A program made the position numbers and the translations under genes. The notes under the pieces are model-generated. The model did no database searches, was not told the origin of the DNA, and was given only the letters and a program-made list of their open reading frames with translations. A stretch of DNA of 64,000 nt from Phallusia mammillata (Eukaryota). Positions within the stretch are counted from its first letter, which is position 1; each line of letters opens with the position of its first letter. Shown piece after piece: positions 1 to 13,233 of this stretch. Where the stretch lies: contig OZ281497.1 of the NCBI GenBank assembly GCA_965637545.1, positions 24,304,001 to 24,368,000 of the forward strand. Direction: 5' to 3'.

Positions 1-3000
1 TGGATGAAGTTCAACTTGATTGTTGGCTGGAACCACTTTGCATTCTTTCAAGATTCTGTTGATTTGATATTCGTTGAAGTTTGAAACTCCAATGCTTTTG
101 ACCAAACCTTCGTCCACCAGCTTTTCCATCGCCTTTGAAACAATTAAATGGTCCAATTAAACGTATTCAAAAACTTTGGAGTATTCCCTATTAACCAACA
201 GTTTGTAGGGATTATAAGACCCCCATTGTATATAAGCCTCACCTTGTATGTATCAACATAATCCACATCATTGCAGATATAATTTCCCTCTTCGTCTCTA
301 GGCATCAGGTTTCCATTATTCTAAAAACATTATTGGTCTTATAACTTTATATCTACACATATTGCTTTTGAAGGCCTTGATACTGCACCCTACACCAATC
401 CAGATCTGGCCGCGGGCCAAGTGTTGGAGACCCGTGACTTACATGCAAATTAAAACCGTTGTGCTTTTGTAACTGGTCGTGCTAGAAAACTCACAATAGT
501 TTAAATAAAGTTGGTACAAGTTAAAGACAAGTTTATTATGTATGTTACGCAAAGGTTCTAGTAGAGATTAACAGAACATAAAGTTGCTACGGCTACTTAC
601 CACAAACCCAATCGGACTATGCATCAGGTAAATATCCAAATAGTCGAGTTTCAGATTAGATAAGGACTTCATGAGAGCTGGGCGGACATCCTTCGGTTCG
701 TGATCGGTGCACCAAAGCTGGAAGTTAATACAAATGATCAGCATATGATGTATTGGGCGTCGTTTAAGCAACTCGAACTAATGTGTCATGAGATTACAAT
801 AAGAAGCCATCTCAAACGTGGGCTTAGTCAAAACTTAAGTACGCAATAATACTTCCAAGCAAAAATGTTCTTGTTCAAAAACACACAAACTATATTTCAA
901 CCTTTAGTTATTTTATATCCAAAAGATATATCTTCCGTTTCTTTTTTCCGGTTTTCGGTGGGTTTATACCGGAATATTCCAGTTTTAAACTGGTTTGTGC
1001 CGGTTCCGCCTCCTACCGAACCTCAGAAACGGTTTAAACCGGAATCGGGAACATAGAATTTTGGCCCGATTTTCGAGAAAACCTCAAGACCCTTCCGTTT
1101 TTCCAGATTTCGGTCCTCAAATTTTTTAAGAAAAATCCGGTTTTCGGTGTTTTTTTACCGGAATATTCCAGTTTTAAACTGGTTTGTGCCGGTTTCCGCC
1201 TTCTACCGAACCTCCGAACCGGTTCAAAGCGGAATCGGAAACATAAAATTGTGACCTGATTTTCGAAAAAAACCTAAGGATATGGCCTTTCCGTTTTTCC
1301 GGATTTCGGTCCTGAAAATTTTAAATTGATCTGGTTTGTGCCAGTTTCTGGTTTTACCGAACCTCCGAACCGGTTTAAACCGGAATCGGGAAGATAAAAT
1401 TTCGGCCCGATTTTCGAAAAAAAAACTAAGGCTATAGCAGTGGTTCTTAACCGGGGTTCGATCGAACCCCAGGGGTTCGATGAAGGTATTTTCGAAGTCC
1501 AATACAAATACTGTTTTTTGTCAAACTTTATAGGGTCTATAGTCGCTGAAAACGGCAATTTGTACACTGGAAGGTTAAACTTAGGCAGGGGTGTTTTAAC
1601 CTGCTCTAAAAAGTTTTTGTGGTGCTAAAAAAAGAATTACCAGCCTAATAACCATATGTGTCAGACTTTTTGTACGCCTCTTGTGTGCCAACAATGCGAA
1701 CAAAACAGGTACCACAAGCATCACAATACAGATTATGACATCATAAACACTTAATCTCCTCGGTCCTCGCAGTGCAGTACAATCTATGCACCGAGCTAAA
1801 ATTTAATCTGGACGTTTTGGGCGCTGCCAAGTATTTTAAAACAAAAATAAGCAGGTAAATGTCGGCCGTTGGTGAAATAAGAATCTGCCGATGCGGCCGT
1901 CCCAGCAAAATGGTTGTGCAACCCTGCACTAAAGTTTTATTTTCCTTTTTTGACGTAACAAAGAGCATTGTTCGCGGTGTTCGTAAGCAGAAAAACAACG
2001 AAATTTTGTTGGCAGCAAAAACTTACTACTTCATCTTTTTCATGTTTGTGTACAGATGCTCAAAATACAATGTCTTATTTTGGTATAAAAACTAAAAATT
2101 GCCGGGATTAAAGCAATCATGAAACAAGATGCTTGTATAAGTTATGATGTCAGAATTAAACAAAATGACAAACAGTAACTGTTGCCACTACGTTTGAACA
2201 AAAACTAATTATGACCCACCAAACAAAATGGGTTAAAAACCTAGGATGTAGCTTTAGGGTTCGACCAAAGGCTGAAGAATATTGTTGGGGTTCGGCCGTT
2301 ATAAAAAGGTTAAGAACCACTGGGCTATAGCCTTTCCGTTTTTCCGGATTTCGGTCCTGAAAATTTTAAATTGATCTGGTTTGTGCCAGTTTCTGGTTCT
2401 ACCAAACCTCCGAACCGGTTTAAACCGGAATCGGGAACATAAAATTTGGGCACGATTTTCGAAAAAACCCTAAGGCTATAGACTTTCCGTTTTTTCGGAT
2501 TTCGGTGCCGAAAATGTTGAAGAAAAATCCGGTTTTCGGTGAGTTTTTACCGAAATATTCCAGTTTTAAACTGGTTTGTGCCGGTTTTTGCCTCCTACCA
2601 AACCCCTGAACCGGTTTAAACCGGAATCGGGAGCATAAAATTTTGACCCGATTTTCGAAAAAAAAAACCTAAAGCTATAGCCTTTCCGTTTTTCCGGGTT
2701 TCGGTCCTCAAAGTTTTGAAGAAAAGCCGGTTTTCGGTTGGTTTTACCGGAATATTCCAGTTTTGAACAGGCTTGTGCCAGTTTCTGCCTACTACCGAAC
2801 CTCCGAACCGGTTTAAACCGGAATCGGGAACATAACATCTTGGCTCGATTTTCGAAAAAAACCTAAGGCTATAGCGTTTCCGTTTTTCCGGATTTCAGTC
2901 CTCAAAATTTTAAAAAATAGTCCGGTTTTAGATTTTTTTTACCGGAATATTCCAGTTTTAAACTGTTTTGTGCCGGTTTCTTCCTTCTTCAGAACCTCCG

Positions 3001-4322
3001 AAGCGGTTTAAACCGGAATCGGGAACATAACATTTTGACCCGATTTTTGAAAAAAACCTAAGGCGATAGCCTTTCCGTTTTTCCGGATTTCAGTCCTCAA
3101 AATTTCAAGAAACATCCGGTTTTAGGTAGGTTTTACCGGAATATTCCAGTTTGAAACTGGTTTGTGCCGGTTTCTGCCTACTACCGAACCTCCGAACCGG
3201 TTTAAACCGGAATCGGGAGCATACAATTTTGCTCAGATTTTCGAAAAAACCCTAAGGCTGTATAGCCATTCCGTTTTTCCTAATTTCGGTCCTCAAAATT
3301 GTGAAGAAAAACACGGTTTTAGGTGGGTTTTCACCGGAATATTCCAGTTTTACACTGGTTTGACCCTGTTAATTTCAACCGGATTGTTTCAAATATGGAA
3401 AGAAAGTTTATAATATCACGATTTTTGAAAAGTGTGATGTAGTTGTATTGAACAAAATCATACAATACTCCGATAAGTATGACTCATTATATTACGATTC
3501 CGTACCTCAGGACATTGATTTAACATCTTTGTATTATCTGCTGACTGAAGTCTACAAACCCATACACCCATTATTGACTAAATATTGGTACATATGCCCT
3601 GAAAAGGCTGGGCAGAGCATTAGCTTGGAACTTATAATATGGTAAGCACGATATTTGTACCTTGCTGACGATGAATAAATCTTCTCGTTTGACTTTGTTC
3701 TCTTTGATTTTTGCTTCAATCCCAGCACCAACTTCTTGTTCGTTTAGATAAATGAACGCACAATCGATATGACGATATCCCACATCAATGGCACATTCAA
3801 CTGCGGCTTGTACTTCGCCTGGTTTGGACTGTTAAGAGTTCCAATGTACATATAAGTTATAAAGTGGTCTTAGTTTAAGTGTCAAGATTTAAATGGGAAA
3901 ATAAAACAGTTTTAATTGACTGCAAATCCAATTCTCGAGTATTTTTTGACTGAGTTTGCCTATGTACAAAGCCTTGTTAATATACATGTCAAAAAATAGG
4001 GAATCAAATGTACAATGAAACGAATTTGTACTTTTCAACTCCTTAGACAAACAACATCAGATAACTGCCTTATAATGTACAGTACTTGATGAATTTAATC
4101 AATTCGGTAAAGTAAGCAAACTTGTGTTGTTTGTGTGTCTTACACGTAGGGTTGCTTCGCGCGTTACAGCTTTTTGGAAGTTATTATCTTACAAAACGTA
4201 CTGATGCGAACAAAGTATAAGTTACAGCAAAAAAACTCACAAGTTAAACTTACTTTCCATGTTCCAAGTCCAATAAGAGGCATTGTAGCACCAGTATTCA
4301 GTTTTAATGTGGTTGCCGACAT
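1..4322 (-). CDS. AKR1B-like: Aldo-keto reductase family 1 (AKR1B-like), copy 1; 3' part runs off the left edge
   Basis: Exons 4322-4254 ([23 protein letters not shown]), 3828-3661, 717-601, 320-243 and 132-<1, all GT-AG and in frame. Catalytic tetrad motifs present: HIDCAFIY (D,Y), FIVSK (K), YLMH (H); also SIGVSNFN. Confidence 0.95.
930..3370. repeat. Tandem satellite, ~195-bp unit (about 9 full or partial units), inside AKR copy 1 intron 2
   Basis: Unit starts near 1090, 1286, 2331, 2481, 2681, 2875, 3070 and 3266. Units carry ccggtttaaaccgg, ccggaatattcc, ccagttttaaactgg and ttttcgaaaa motifs. Confidence 0.93.
1438..2322. mobile_element. Non-autonomous hAT (Buster-type) element, 885 bp, inserted into the satellite
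   Basis: 15-bp TIRs cagtggttcttaacc / ggttaagaaccactg; perfect 8-bp TSD ggctatag (1430-1437, 2323-2330). Confidence 0.93.
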
Positions 4323-5404
4323 CTTGATTATAACCTTGGACTTCTGACCAACTTCAATACAGTATTAATTAAAATACTTATGTTTCTGTGCACACTAAAA
4401 TCAGATTTACATTCGTAAAGCAACGAATAATGTTCCCTGTAATTTTCCATTTGTCTGGTCATACACGCTAGCTGCCTGTGTACACTGAGGGTCATTGTGT
4501 GCGCGAACGCATTTTATATGCTCAGCATAGATTTTCATGGGTGTTCAAAAGTTTCGAGCAGTTCTCAATTACACGAGCCTGTTGAGGAAAATTTGAACGC
4601 AATCAACTTCAAGAACCGGTAAGATATCTGTTTAAATTCAGCGCGAAACTCTTTCATAGTCCCACAGCTACATCTACACTAGCTGCATTGTTATCTGTCA
4701 CTTCGAGAAAGCAACTAATCCTTCCCCTACAATTAGGAAACAGAAATTACAGATGTCTTTCAACAGATTTGTTTCGCACATATGCGCCAGTTTCCTCCAT
4801 TTATACCTCATGCTAAAAAGCCGACGTCACCGTGATTAATCATTTTCTTTGACCCATGTAAATATTTGAACAAAATCACCGGTGCAAAACACTTTTGGTC
4901 GTTGTCTAGTATTGACATTTTTGACAATTCATTTCTCACAAGGACACAGTCTCACTCAAGATTACAGTAAGCTATAGTTTGTGCGTGGTATATTCGCAAT
5001 GAAATTCGTTCATATCAAGCGCACGTACGTGGTTCAAGACGATTATGTATGTAAAAGCACATATTGAGTGATTTATGCCAGCTGAAATAGTTTACAAACT
5101 CTATTTCGAATTTATAAATTAATTTTACTGCATACCCAATTGCTTCCACTGCATCAACTATAAGACAACAACAGTTTCGTAAAACTGCTATAAGCGAGCA
5201 GCAAATATGTTTTACCCAACCAAAGCCTAACCGCTGCCCTGACGTATACCAGTTGAATTTTTCCATAAGCCAAAACCGTTAGCAATGGTCAAATGTTTTT
5301 GGTACGTGCTTTTGTTCAATTACTTTTATGTTTTTGTTTTCGCCTTTACCAATGAGAGAATTTCGACTGCGATCTACACTGCGCTTAGTATTTTCTCCCT
5401 TTTT

Positions 5405-5464
5405 AGGTGTTTAGCAACTAAAAACGTAACCCTAAGGTGTTTAGCAACTAAAAACGTAACCCTA
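5405..5464. repeat. Two exact tandem copies of a 30-bp unit
   Basis: aggtgtttagcaactaaaaacgtaacccta x2; a related caactaaaaac motif recurs at 51340-51400. Confidence 0.8.
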
Positions 5465-7581
5465 ACACTGTTAGTCCAAAATTTCCAATTCTAAGAACTG
5501 TAACCTAATTAAAAGCACTTAAATTCCTTACCTTTTATTCGGAACGAGCAGTAATACAATCATATATGACAGATTTGAAAACTGGAAAAACATGCTTAAG
5601 CTCCCGCCTTTTGTACCCACACTGCTTAAACGCCGACGTCAGTGTGACTAAGCTTTTTCAAAGACCCGTGAAAATGTTTGGATAATATTACAGGTGCGAA
5701 AATCAATTGTCACGGTTAGTAAAGATTGTGTGTTCGCGACTAGAACCGTCCCTATTGAGCACACGTGGTTCAGGACGATTGCGTAAGAGTACACATTATT
5801 GAGCTTAAACTTATGTTATTTCTATGAGCTTAAACAGTTGATTTTTATTTGATTTTTTAATTGTTTAACTACCAGGTCATTGCTTATTGCATGGGATTAA
5901 TCGCTTTATGTACGAGCTCATAAGTTGCATTACTTTGCTGTCACCGTTCACACTGTGCTGCAAGCTGGTGTAGAAATCAAGGTACACTTTCTACTAATGT
6001 AATTCAAGTTTATGAACCAAAAGCTTTGCCCAATCGATAATTAAACACCTGTGAGCTCTAAAACATTGTTGGACAAAACTTACTATGGGAGTTTACACCT
6101 AAATTATAAGCAACTAGTTGGACAGATGTTGCCCCATGCACTATTGCATAATTCTCAAGCGAAGTTAGCTCATAATAACGTACTACTAATCTATAGTAAG
6201 ATTCTTTTGTCACTGAATAAACTATGTGTAATCTCGACTGGCTTGGCACCAATTGGTGTGACCGTTTGGACTTTGTACTATTTGCACCTAACACAGAAGA
6301 TTTAATTTTCCGCATACAATCTCGCGATTCATAAACCCAACAAGAAAGAGCGGTAATTTGAAGAATTAGGTATTTGCAGAGTTTTTTTCCTCTTCACTCG
6401 GTATAGTTTTCTGAGTGAATAGTACTTCTTTATACTTTATGTTCTTTATCCCGGATAACAAACCCATATTCCAAGTTTGGCCTAAACTTTAGGTTCGTTA
6501 ATTCAATAACAAAACTTTGATTTCAGAAAAAAATGTGTTTCACCGCTACAATAATTTGGCATATTAAAGTTATCCAAAAAAAATGTGTACATTAAATTCA
6601 AAAGGGAGAAACGAAAAAAAAAACCTTTGTCAAATGGTATCAAGAAAACTTAAGACATTAAAAAATTGTCTAATGTAGGCTATATCAAATCAGATATTTT
6701 TTACGCCCCTTTGAACAATCAACATGTGGTAACAAAGTTTAAAGTGAGTGTATTTCATTTATAAAGTGTGATTACAAATTGGAGCAAAATGGCAAAAAGC
6801 CTGTTAATTGACACAAGCAAAATTTCTGCTACAATATTCCTGCAGACTTAGCTAAACCCGTTTGCAATTGACAGCCTTTAACCTTCGTCGTATTTTGCGA
6901 CTAGGTTTCTGATTTTAAACATATTTAAATTACCCTACGTTTGCAAACCGTTACGATTACTTTTTTTAAAGACAGTCACTGTTCGAATAAGTCTAAAGTC
7001 CTTTTAATCCCGAAAGTACAAGACAAAAAACCCAAAACCCGGTTTAAAAAAGCTGCATCAGACCCAAACGTTAGTGAAAACGCGACAAAAAATGATTTGG
7101 CGTCAGACACGACTTACAACTCTGGGCCAGCCATAAGCGTAGTGTTTACAGCAACGCTTTTAACGATAAGTTTTTCCAGAATATATTTTTCTGCAGCTTC
7201 CTATAACAATGTTGTAAGCGGGTACGAAATTGTTTCCGACCTAAACTCGAGAGCCCGAAATTTGTCTCAAAGATGAAAATCACAAATGTGGCATGTAAAG
7301 TCAGGATCAAAACAAACTAGTGCCTGTTAACCTGATAAAGACCTTGAAGCTCGGAACGCCGGTACCCACAATCCGTTTGCAAGAAGAGATTTCTTAAATT
7401 TGCATTAATATTTACGCTTATGTGGATAACAATATGAACTATATGCATGTTTATTTTCGTTGAATTTTGTCTGAATTTTTGAAAGCACAAAGTTCTTGCC
7501 AGGGATCATTTATTTGCGTAGGTATTCGAAATTGAGGCATGGACAAAAATTACAGTGGTAAAACTGGATCGTCATATTGCT

Positions 7582-10500
7582 TCACTCTTTGTAATCCTTT
7601 TGGAATGGATGGTATTTATGGGTCACCCTGAAAAAAGCATCACGTAAATACAATTTAAAGTCATGCCGAGCGTCTTATGCTGGTGGTTTTTAACCTGAAG
7701 ATAAACTAAGGGGAAATTTGTTATTTTCCAGGGGAAGTTACACTATCATTCATAAGTTTCATGGGGCTATTCTTCCATATAACATCATAATAGAAGTTTT
7801 CAGTTTGTGAGAAGGGGTAAATAAAATTCATGTGTTAATTCTTAGCGGTAACGCTAAAAAGGTCACTGCTACATGCTATAAACCAGCGGTACACAACGTA
7901 ACGTTACTGACGCCAGCGTCACCCATTCCTAATGCACTACACGCCACTACTATGTCAAGTCAATATACACAAAAAAGTCTATCAACACAAAACATAAGTC
8001 TGTTTAACCTGTTGCATATAAATACCCCGCATTCCTTAAAATACTCCTTTCGAACCAATTTTATATGCCAAGTTATTAGTAAACAACTTTTGTCAATCCA
8101 ATATCAGTAGTACACATCGTTTTCAAACGTAAGTAGTGAACCCCTGGTTTTTATTATGACATATATCGGCCAATTCTTATTCCACATATTTATTAAGGTT
8201 GTTTGAAAACTCACCACTGGAGGGCGCACCCACGGAAGTTGTGGTCAAACGTGTTGATCGTTTCCATGTCTTCGTCAGTAAGTTCGAAATCAAACACCTA
8301 AAATAGAACACAAATAGTATACCGATTGCCACTTACAATCATCCTCGCTAAAGTGAGTACAACTCCATCTTTCATGGAGGTTGTAAATTTGATTTTTAGC
8401 GAACTATGTCATAGTCCGCGACAGGTTTATAGAAGACGTCATACTAATTTAAGCCGGGCCTCAAGCATGACCAGAAAGATCTAGCCTGCGGCGGAATTGA
8501 AACCCCGTCAGAGTATTTTCGATAATCGCGCTCTACTAACTGAACTACACTGGCTCAGTGACATAGCTTTTGAAAGGCAAATCACAGGCACCGTTCTCTC
8601 GGCGTTCTCTCTGCAGCAGCACATCCCAGCTAATTCGTAGTTGGGGATCGCCACATTGCCCAGCAATCAGTTATAATAAACATATATTCATAAATGGGAT
8701 CAGTCCTGAAGCGTTCATGATGACCAGCGACCACGGGACATTCATATGCAAATCACTGTACATCACGCCGATTGAAGGCGTCGTACTAAATCAACCGGCT
8801 ACCAAGCATTCCCACATGGCAAGGCGAAGCTTAGAAAAATCCAGCCAGTGGTGGGATTCGAATTTGAGCAACACAGCTCGGTCTTAAGCCCGCCGAATGT
8901 CGAATCACAAGCTTTATTCAGTGTCACACCTTTAATAGGAATGGCGTACTGAGTATGGTCTGCATGAAAGCTGCAGGACTGATGCCAGGACAAAACCTTT
9001 GTTCAGAACTTTCCACCAAAAACAAGAGAGTATATAGGCTGAACGCAACACATAAGGCGGGTATCAATACCGGAAAAAAACATGCCTCGTACCAATTCAG
9101 TTTATTATGACTGAAAGTCGCGATAAATTTGCATCAAAGGTTCGGTATTATATTGAAGGCTCATCCGCAAAATAAATGTATAGCCTAAACCAGTGGTTCC
9201 CAAACTTTTTTCTTTTAAGGCGCACTTTAGAAAAAACAAAAATTATTTGGCGCACTTTGAACATTTGAATAAAAAATATACCTATGGAAATTTTAATAAC
9301 TTTGTTAAAATGGCACAGCAAATTAGCTGACAAAGGCAGTAACTATGAGGTCATAAAGCCGCTATACAGGTCACTCTCATAGTTAAATAGCCTAGTTGAA
9401 CATCTCAGAGACGTGGAGCATGTTGGCCTAGTGGTCTAAGCACCTGGTACTACTACTCTACTCGATTGATTTTAATTTCAATATTTTTTGCGGCACACCT
9501 AATGACATCTCGGCGCATAGTTTAGGAACCACTGGCCTAAACTAACACGTCGTAAGCAACACGTCATAAGTAACTACCTCTACATTACTTATTTCAAGTA
9601 GTTGGGGTCAGCTACACGTTATAACCACGTTCTGTTTACTGTAAATTATTGCGAATATTTACGGGCGCTGTACACAAAATAAAAATTGAGTGGTTGATTG
9701 ACAATATGAAACAAATGGTTTAATATAAGCACGTAACTTAAACCTGTAGTTAAATGTTTAAATTTAAACCTGAAAATTGCTCTCAATCCTGGATGGTGTT
9801 ACGCTCTTAGGGATGACAATCACTCCTCTTTGGATCTGAAATCTGATGAGGACTTGTGCTGCTGTTTTCCCGATTCTCTTGGCAATTGCAAGAAGCTTAG
9901 GATCTTCCAAAAGAACTGGTTCACCCTCCTTTGCCCTAAAGTTAAAAATATATAATAGTTTGAACCAGTGAGGACAGACTAAATTACTTGACTGGCAAAT
10001 CCACTAACACAAGAAATCACAGCAGACAAGTTTGCTAAATACCGATAGGGGTATTCGCAAATATTTGAAATGTAATTTGTGTAAACACGACGTTTTGAGC
10101 TCTAGGGTTTTATTAATAATAACAAATAATCCCATAGAACTAGATGATTGTGTTAAACTTTGTCCTTATAACCCTATCCCAGTCTCACTGTTAATTTACA
10201 TATCTGCGCACTTTAAGCCATCTATGGGTATTTAGCAACTTTTCGACTGTTATTTTTGTGTCAGGAGCTCTAACGACGTGATTGCGGACGAACTTCGGTA
10301 GCTGTAAAATCATATGCACAAGATAGATATGTAATCGTTTTAAGCATACAATCGCTACTTTTCCATCCGTCCCACTTCGCCAAGTTAATCAAAAAAAAAA
10401 GTGTTTGATGAGAAAAACGGATGGAATCCCAATATCGTATTGAGTTAGCGCGATACCTCACAACATGACACCATACCTCACGGCAAACCTACATTCAGCT

Positions 10501-13233
10501 TAATTTCGATAGGTGGCGCAAAGAGCTGAAGATAAGTTTAACAGCTAAAAACGGTTTGAGTTAGAAAATAAGATTTTCAAAATTTTACGGTAGGAATGAT
10601 GATAGCTTTCCTCAACTCAAACAGCCATAAATCGTTTTAAATAAGTGTTAATGCTCTTTGCGCCACCTATCGAAATTTAGCTTAATGTAGGGCTACCATG
10701 CGGTACGGTGTTAGTAGATTTTCCTCAAAAATCAAAGAAATATTTAAGAATTTAAAGGTCAGAATTTAAAGTAATGGGTACCATGGCCTGTCGCTAGATC
10801 CTAAAGGACTGTAGGCAGTGACTGAAATTCCCTTTGACTGACAGAATTCGACCATATTTGTCTGTAGCAAGTAGGGATGCAACTCGATTTGATTGTTAGC
10901 TGGAACCACTTTGCATTCTTTTAAGATTCTGTTGATTTGATATTCATTGAAGTTTGAAACTCCAATGCTTTTCACTAAACCTTCGGCCACCAGCTTTTCC
11001 ATTGCCTTTAGAATAATATTGTAATTAGCTCTAAGCTAAAATGTAAAAACTATTTGGGGAAAATCTACTTACACCATACCACACGGCACCCCCACATTTA
11101 GCTAACATCCGATATGTGGCACAAAAAGCAGTTGCACCCATTGAAAACGACAAAAACTGCTGACGGGTAGGGCTATTTGACTGGGGGAAGGTACTATCAT
11201 TTAAAATACAATAAAACTAACTTTGAAACCTACAATTTTCAAAAATTTACTTCCTAACTCCACTACCACTTTGGCTGCTAAATAAATGCTAGCCCCCCAA
11301 ATCAAATTTTCCATAAATGCGGGTCTAACGTGAAGTATGATGTTTAACTTTCCAGGCGCAAAAGAAAAAAAGCGTTTTGTAAAATGTTAAATAGCTTCAG
11401 GTGGCGAAATACTGAATAGCAGTTCGATAAGAGCAGGCTAGGAACTATTTTTAGTATTTTCGGGAATCATGTTTCAAAAAAAGCTTGGTACTTTCATACC
11501 CCAACGTCAATGACTGAGACGTTAGCATTTTTGCAGAAATATGCTTAAAATTAGCGCTAGTGCTAACAGAAGTAAAAAAGAGCAAATGGAGTTTCCAATT
11601 TACCTTGTATGTATCAACATAATCGACGTCTGAAACAATAAATTGCCCGTTCTCATCTTTTGGGAACATGTTTCCATTGTTCTGCAAAGTAAACACGAAT
11701 CAATTGGCAATGACATTCAGGGCGACAAGGCTAAGCATAATGACACAAGTGTGACACTTCAATACGTCTGATGGCTTAAAAATGCTTTACCTTATCGCCC
11801 TTGACAAAACATGGCGGCCTATTGGCAATATTTACCCCGAACCCTTCCTCTCCTCTTATTTAAGGTCGCCTAATAATAACAGTGTAGCTGCAGAGCCTTA
11901 AACACAGTTGCCATTAATTGTTCCCTATACTGTTTCGTGTTTATAACATCACAACGCCTAGCAACGATTTCCGGTTCGAAATATAATCGTTTTCTGGTGC
12001 AATTGTGCTGCAGTTTCTGTAACCAGAAATGAAACTAACCCAACTTTATGATCACGTACACGTTTCTTTAAAAAGTGCAATTTATGAAAGTAAAAAAAAA
12101 GTGAAAAACTTTTACAGCATGTTTGGAAAGAAAATAGGCTTTGGCCGCCTTTGGACTTGTATAATATTATCACTCACAATGTATCCCATCGGCCAGTGAA
12201 TCAAATACAGGTCAAGATACTCAAGTTTTAGGTTTTCCAGTGATTTCTGGACCGCTACACGTACATCTTTCGGGTCATGGTGAACGTTCCAAAGCTAAAA
12301 CAGAGATACAAAAGGTAACAGCAAATAGTTCAAGACAAAACTTCTGTCGCTATTTTGATGTTGTACCTTAACTTTCCGTAAATCACTGAACCGTATCAAA
12401 GACATACCTTGCTAACAATAAATAGGTCTTCCCGTTTGACTTTGTTTTCCTTGATTTTTGTCGTAATTCCTTCTCCTACTTCGTTTTCGTTTCCATAAGC
12501 TAAGGCACAGTCAACGTGGCGATATCCTACGTCAATCGCACATTCAACAGCTGCTTTCACTTCGCCGGGTTTGGACTGAAAATAACATAATAAATTGCAC
12601 TTTACAAAAAAGTTTATCTTTTAATATATATTTTAATTTAAAGTGTATCTCATAACGAATATCATTATGTTGTTCGTGCGTAAACTTTAAGTTTTCATCA
12701 GTTTATTGAATACGTACCTTACAAAATATGCTACACGTGCTAGTACAGTTTCTACAATAATCAGCAACACAGATAAAAAAGTTTTAAGGTTTAAGCTTTT
12801 ATACCAGTGGTTCCCAACCTTTTTTGTTACATTCCTCCCTTCGCCCATTTTCGAACTATTCATTCCTCCCCATAAGACGAAAAACCAACACAGATTGACA
12901 TAAAACAACATAGCAATTTGAAATAGACCTTATAATTAGGGATGTCTGTTTCAGAATCCTTTACAACCGGTTCCAAATGTGAACCGGGTCCAAATTATAA
13001 TGGACATAATAATGTAAAAACAAAAATGTTCTGTATTTTCCAATGTAAATTTTTTTACAGGTTTTATGAAATTCCTCCCCTGAACTCGTTAAATTCCTCC
13101 CTAGGGGGGAATTCCTCCCCGGTTGGGAACCACTGTTTTATACCGTTAAGCGTTAACTTCCTACCTTCCATGTTCCAAGTCCAAGCATTGGCATTTTTCT
13201 GCCAGAATTTAATGTTAACAATTTGACTGCCAT
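7582..13233 (-). CDS. AKR1B-like: Aldo-keto reductase family 1 (AKR1B-like), copy 2, complete, 316 aa, 8 coding exons
   Basis: Exons 13233-13165, 12575-12408, 12294-12178, 11681-11604, 11005-10782, 9935-9770, 8297-8215, 7627-7582 (951 nt incl. TGA), all GT-AG and phase-consistent. Motifs [48 protein letters not shown]. Confidence 0.96.
8400..8556 (-). mobile_element. Degenerate tRNA-derived SINE fragment
   Basis: Minus strand reads gagccagtgtagttcagttagtagagcgcg (A-box-like) ... ggtttcaattcc (B-box-like), then non-tRNA sequence. No intact cloverleaf. Confidence 0.55.
8690..8930 (-). mobile_element. Degenerate SINE-like dispersed repeat (related copies near 16840-16970, 17715-17850, 40170-40240, 52310-52380)
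   Basis: Shared core aaggcgtc(g/a)tac(t/c)(a/g)aat plus B-box-like ttcgaatccc on the minus strand. Confidence 0.5.
9191..9534. mobile_element. hAT (Buster-type) MITE, 344 bp, in AKR copy 2 intron 6
   Basis: TIRs cagtggttcccaaac / gtttaggaaccactg; perfect TSD gcctaaac (9183-9190, 9535-9542). Confidence 0.9.
10469..10710. mobile_element. MITE with ~55-60-bp TIRs (family also at 11072-11342, 18863-19115, 19460-19729, 23160-23598)
   Basis: caccatacctcacgg...ttcgataggtggcgcaaagagc is mirrored by gctctttgcgccacctatcgaaa...gcggtacggtg. Confidence 0.8.
11072..11342. mobile_element. Degenerate long-TIR MITE in AKR copy 2 intron 4
   Basis: Left end caccataccacacggc, right end cgtgaagtatgatg; same family as 10469-10710. 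Confidence 0.55.
12805..13135. mobile_element. hAT (Buster-type) MITE, 331 bp, in AKR copy 2 intron 1
   Basis: TIRs cagtggttcccaacc / ggttgggaaccactg; perfect TSD ttttatac; absent from the homologous intron of AKR copy 3. Confidence 0.92.

Noticed and set aside
930-3370. CRISPR-like appearance (palindromic repeats at regular spacing)
   Set aside because: The whole unit repeats, there are no unique spacers or cas genes, and the context is a eukaryotic intron.
865-3413. ORFs of 63-97 aa with repeated RFKPESG / [11 protein letters not shown] motifs
   Set aside because: They are translations of the palindromic satellite on both strands inside an AKR intron; no splice or start context.
6941-7276. 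111-aa plus-strand ORF downstream of AKR copy 2
   Set aside because: No recognisable motif, starts at a non-ATG codon, and the segment is largely missing from the paralogous flank of copy 3.
8400-8930. Possible tRNA genes
   Set aside because: A/B-box-like motifs only, without acceptor or anticodon stems; better explained as SINE remnants.
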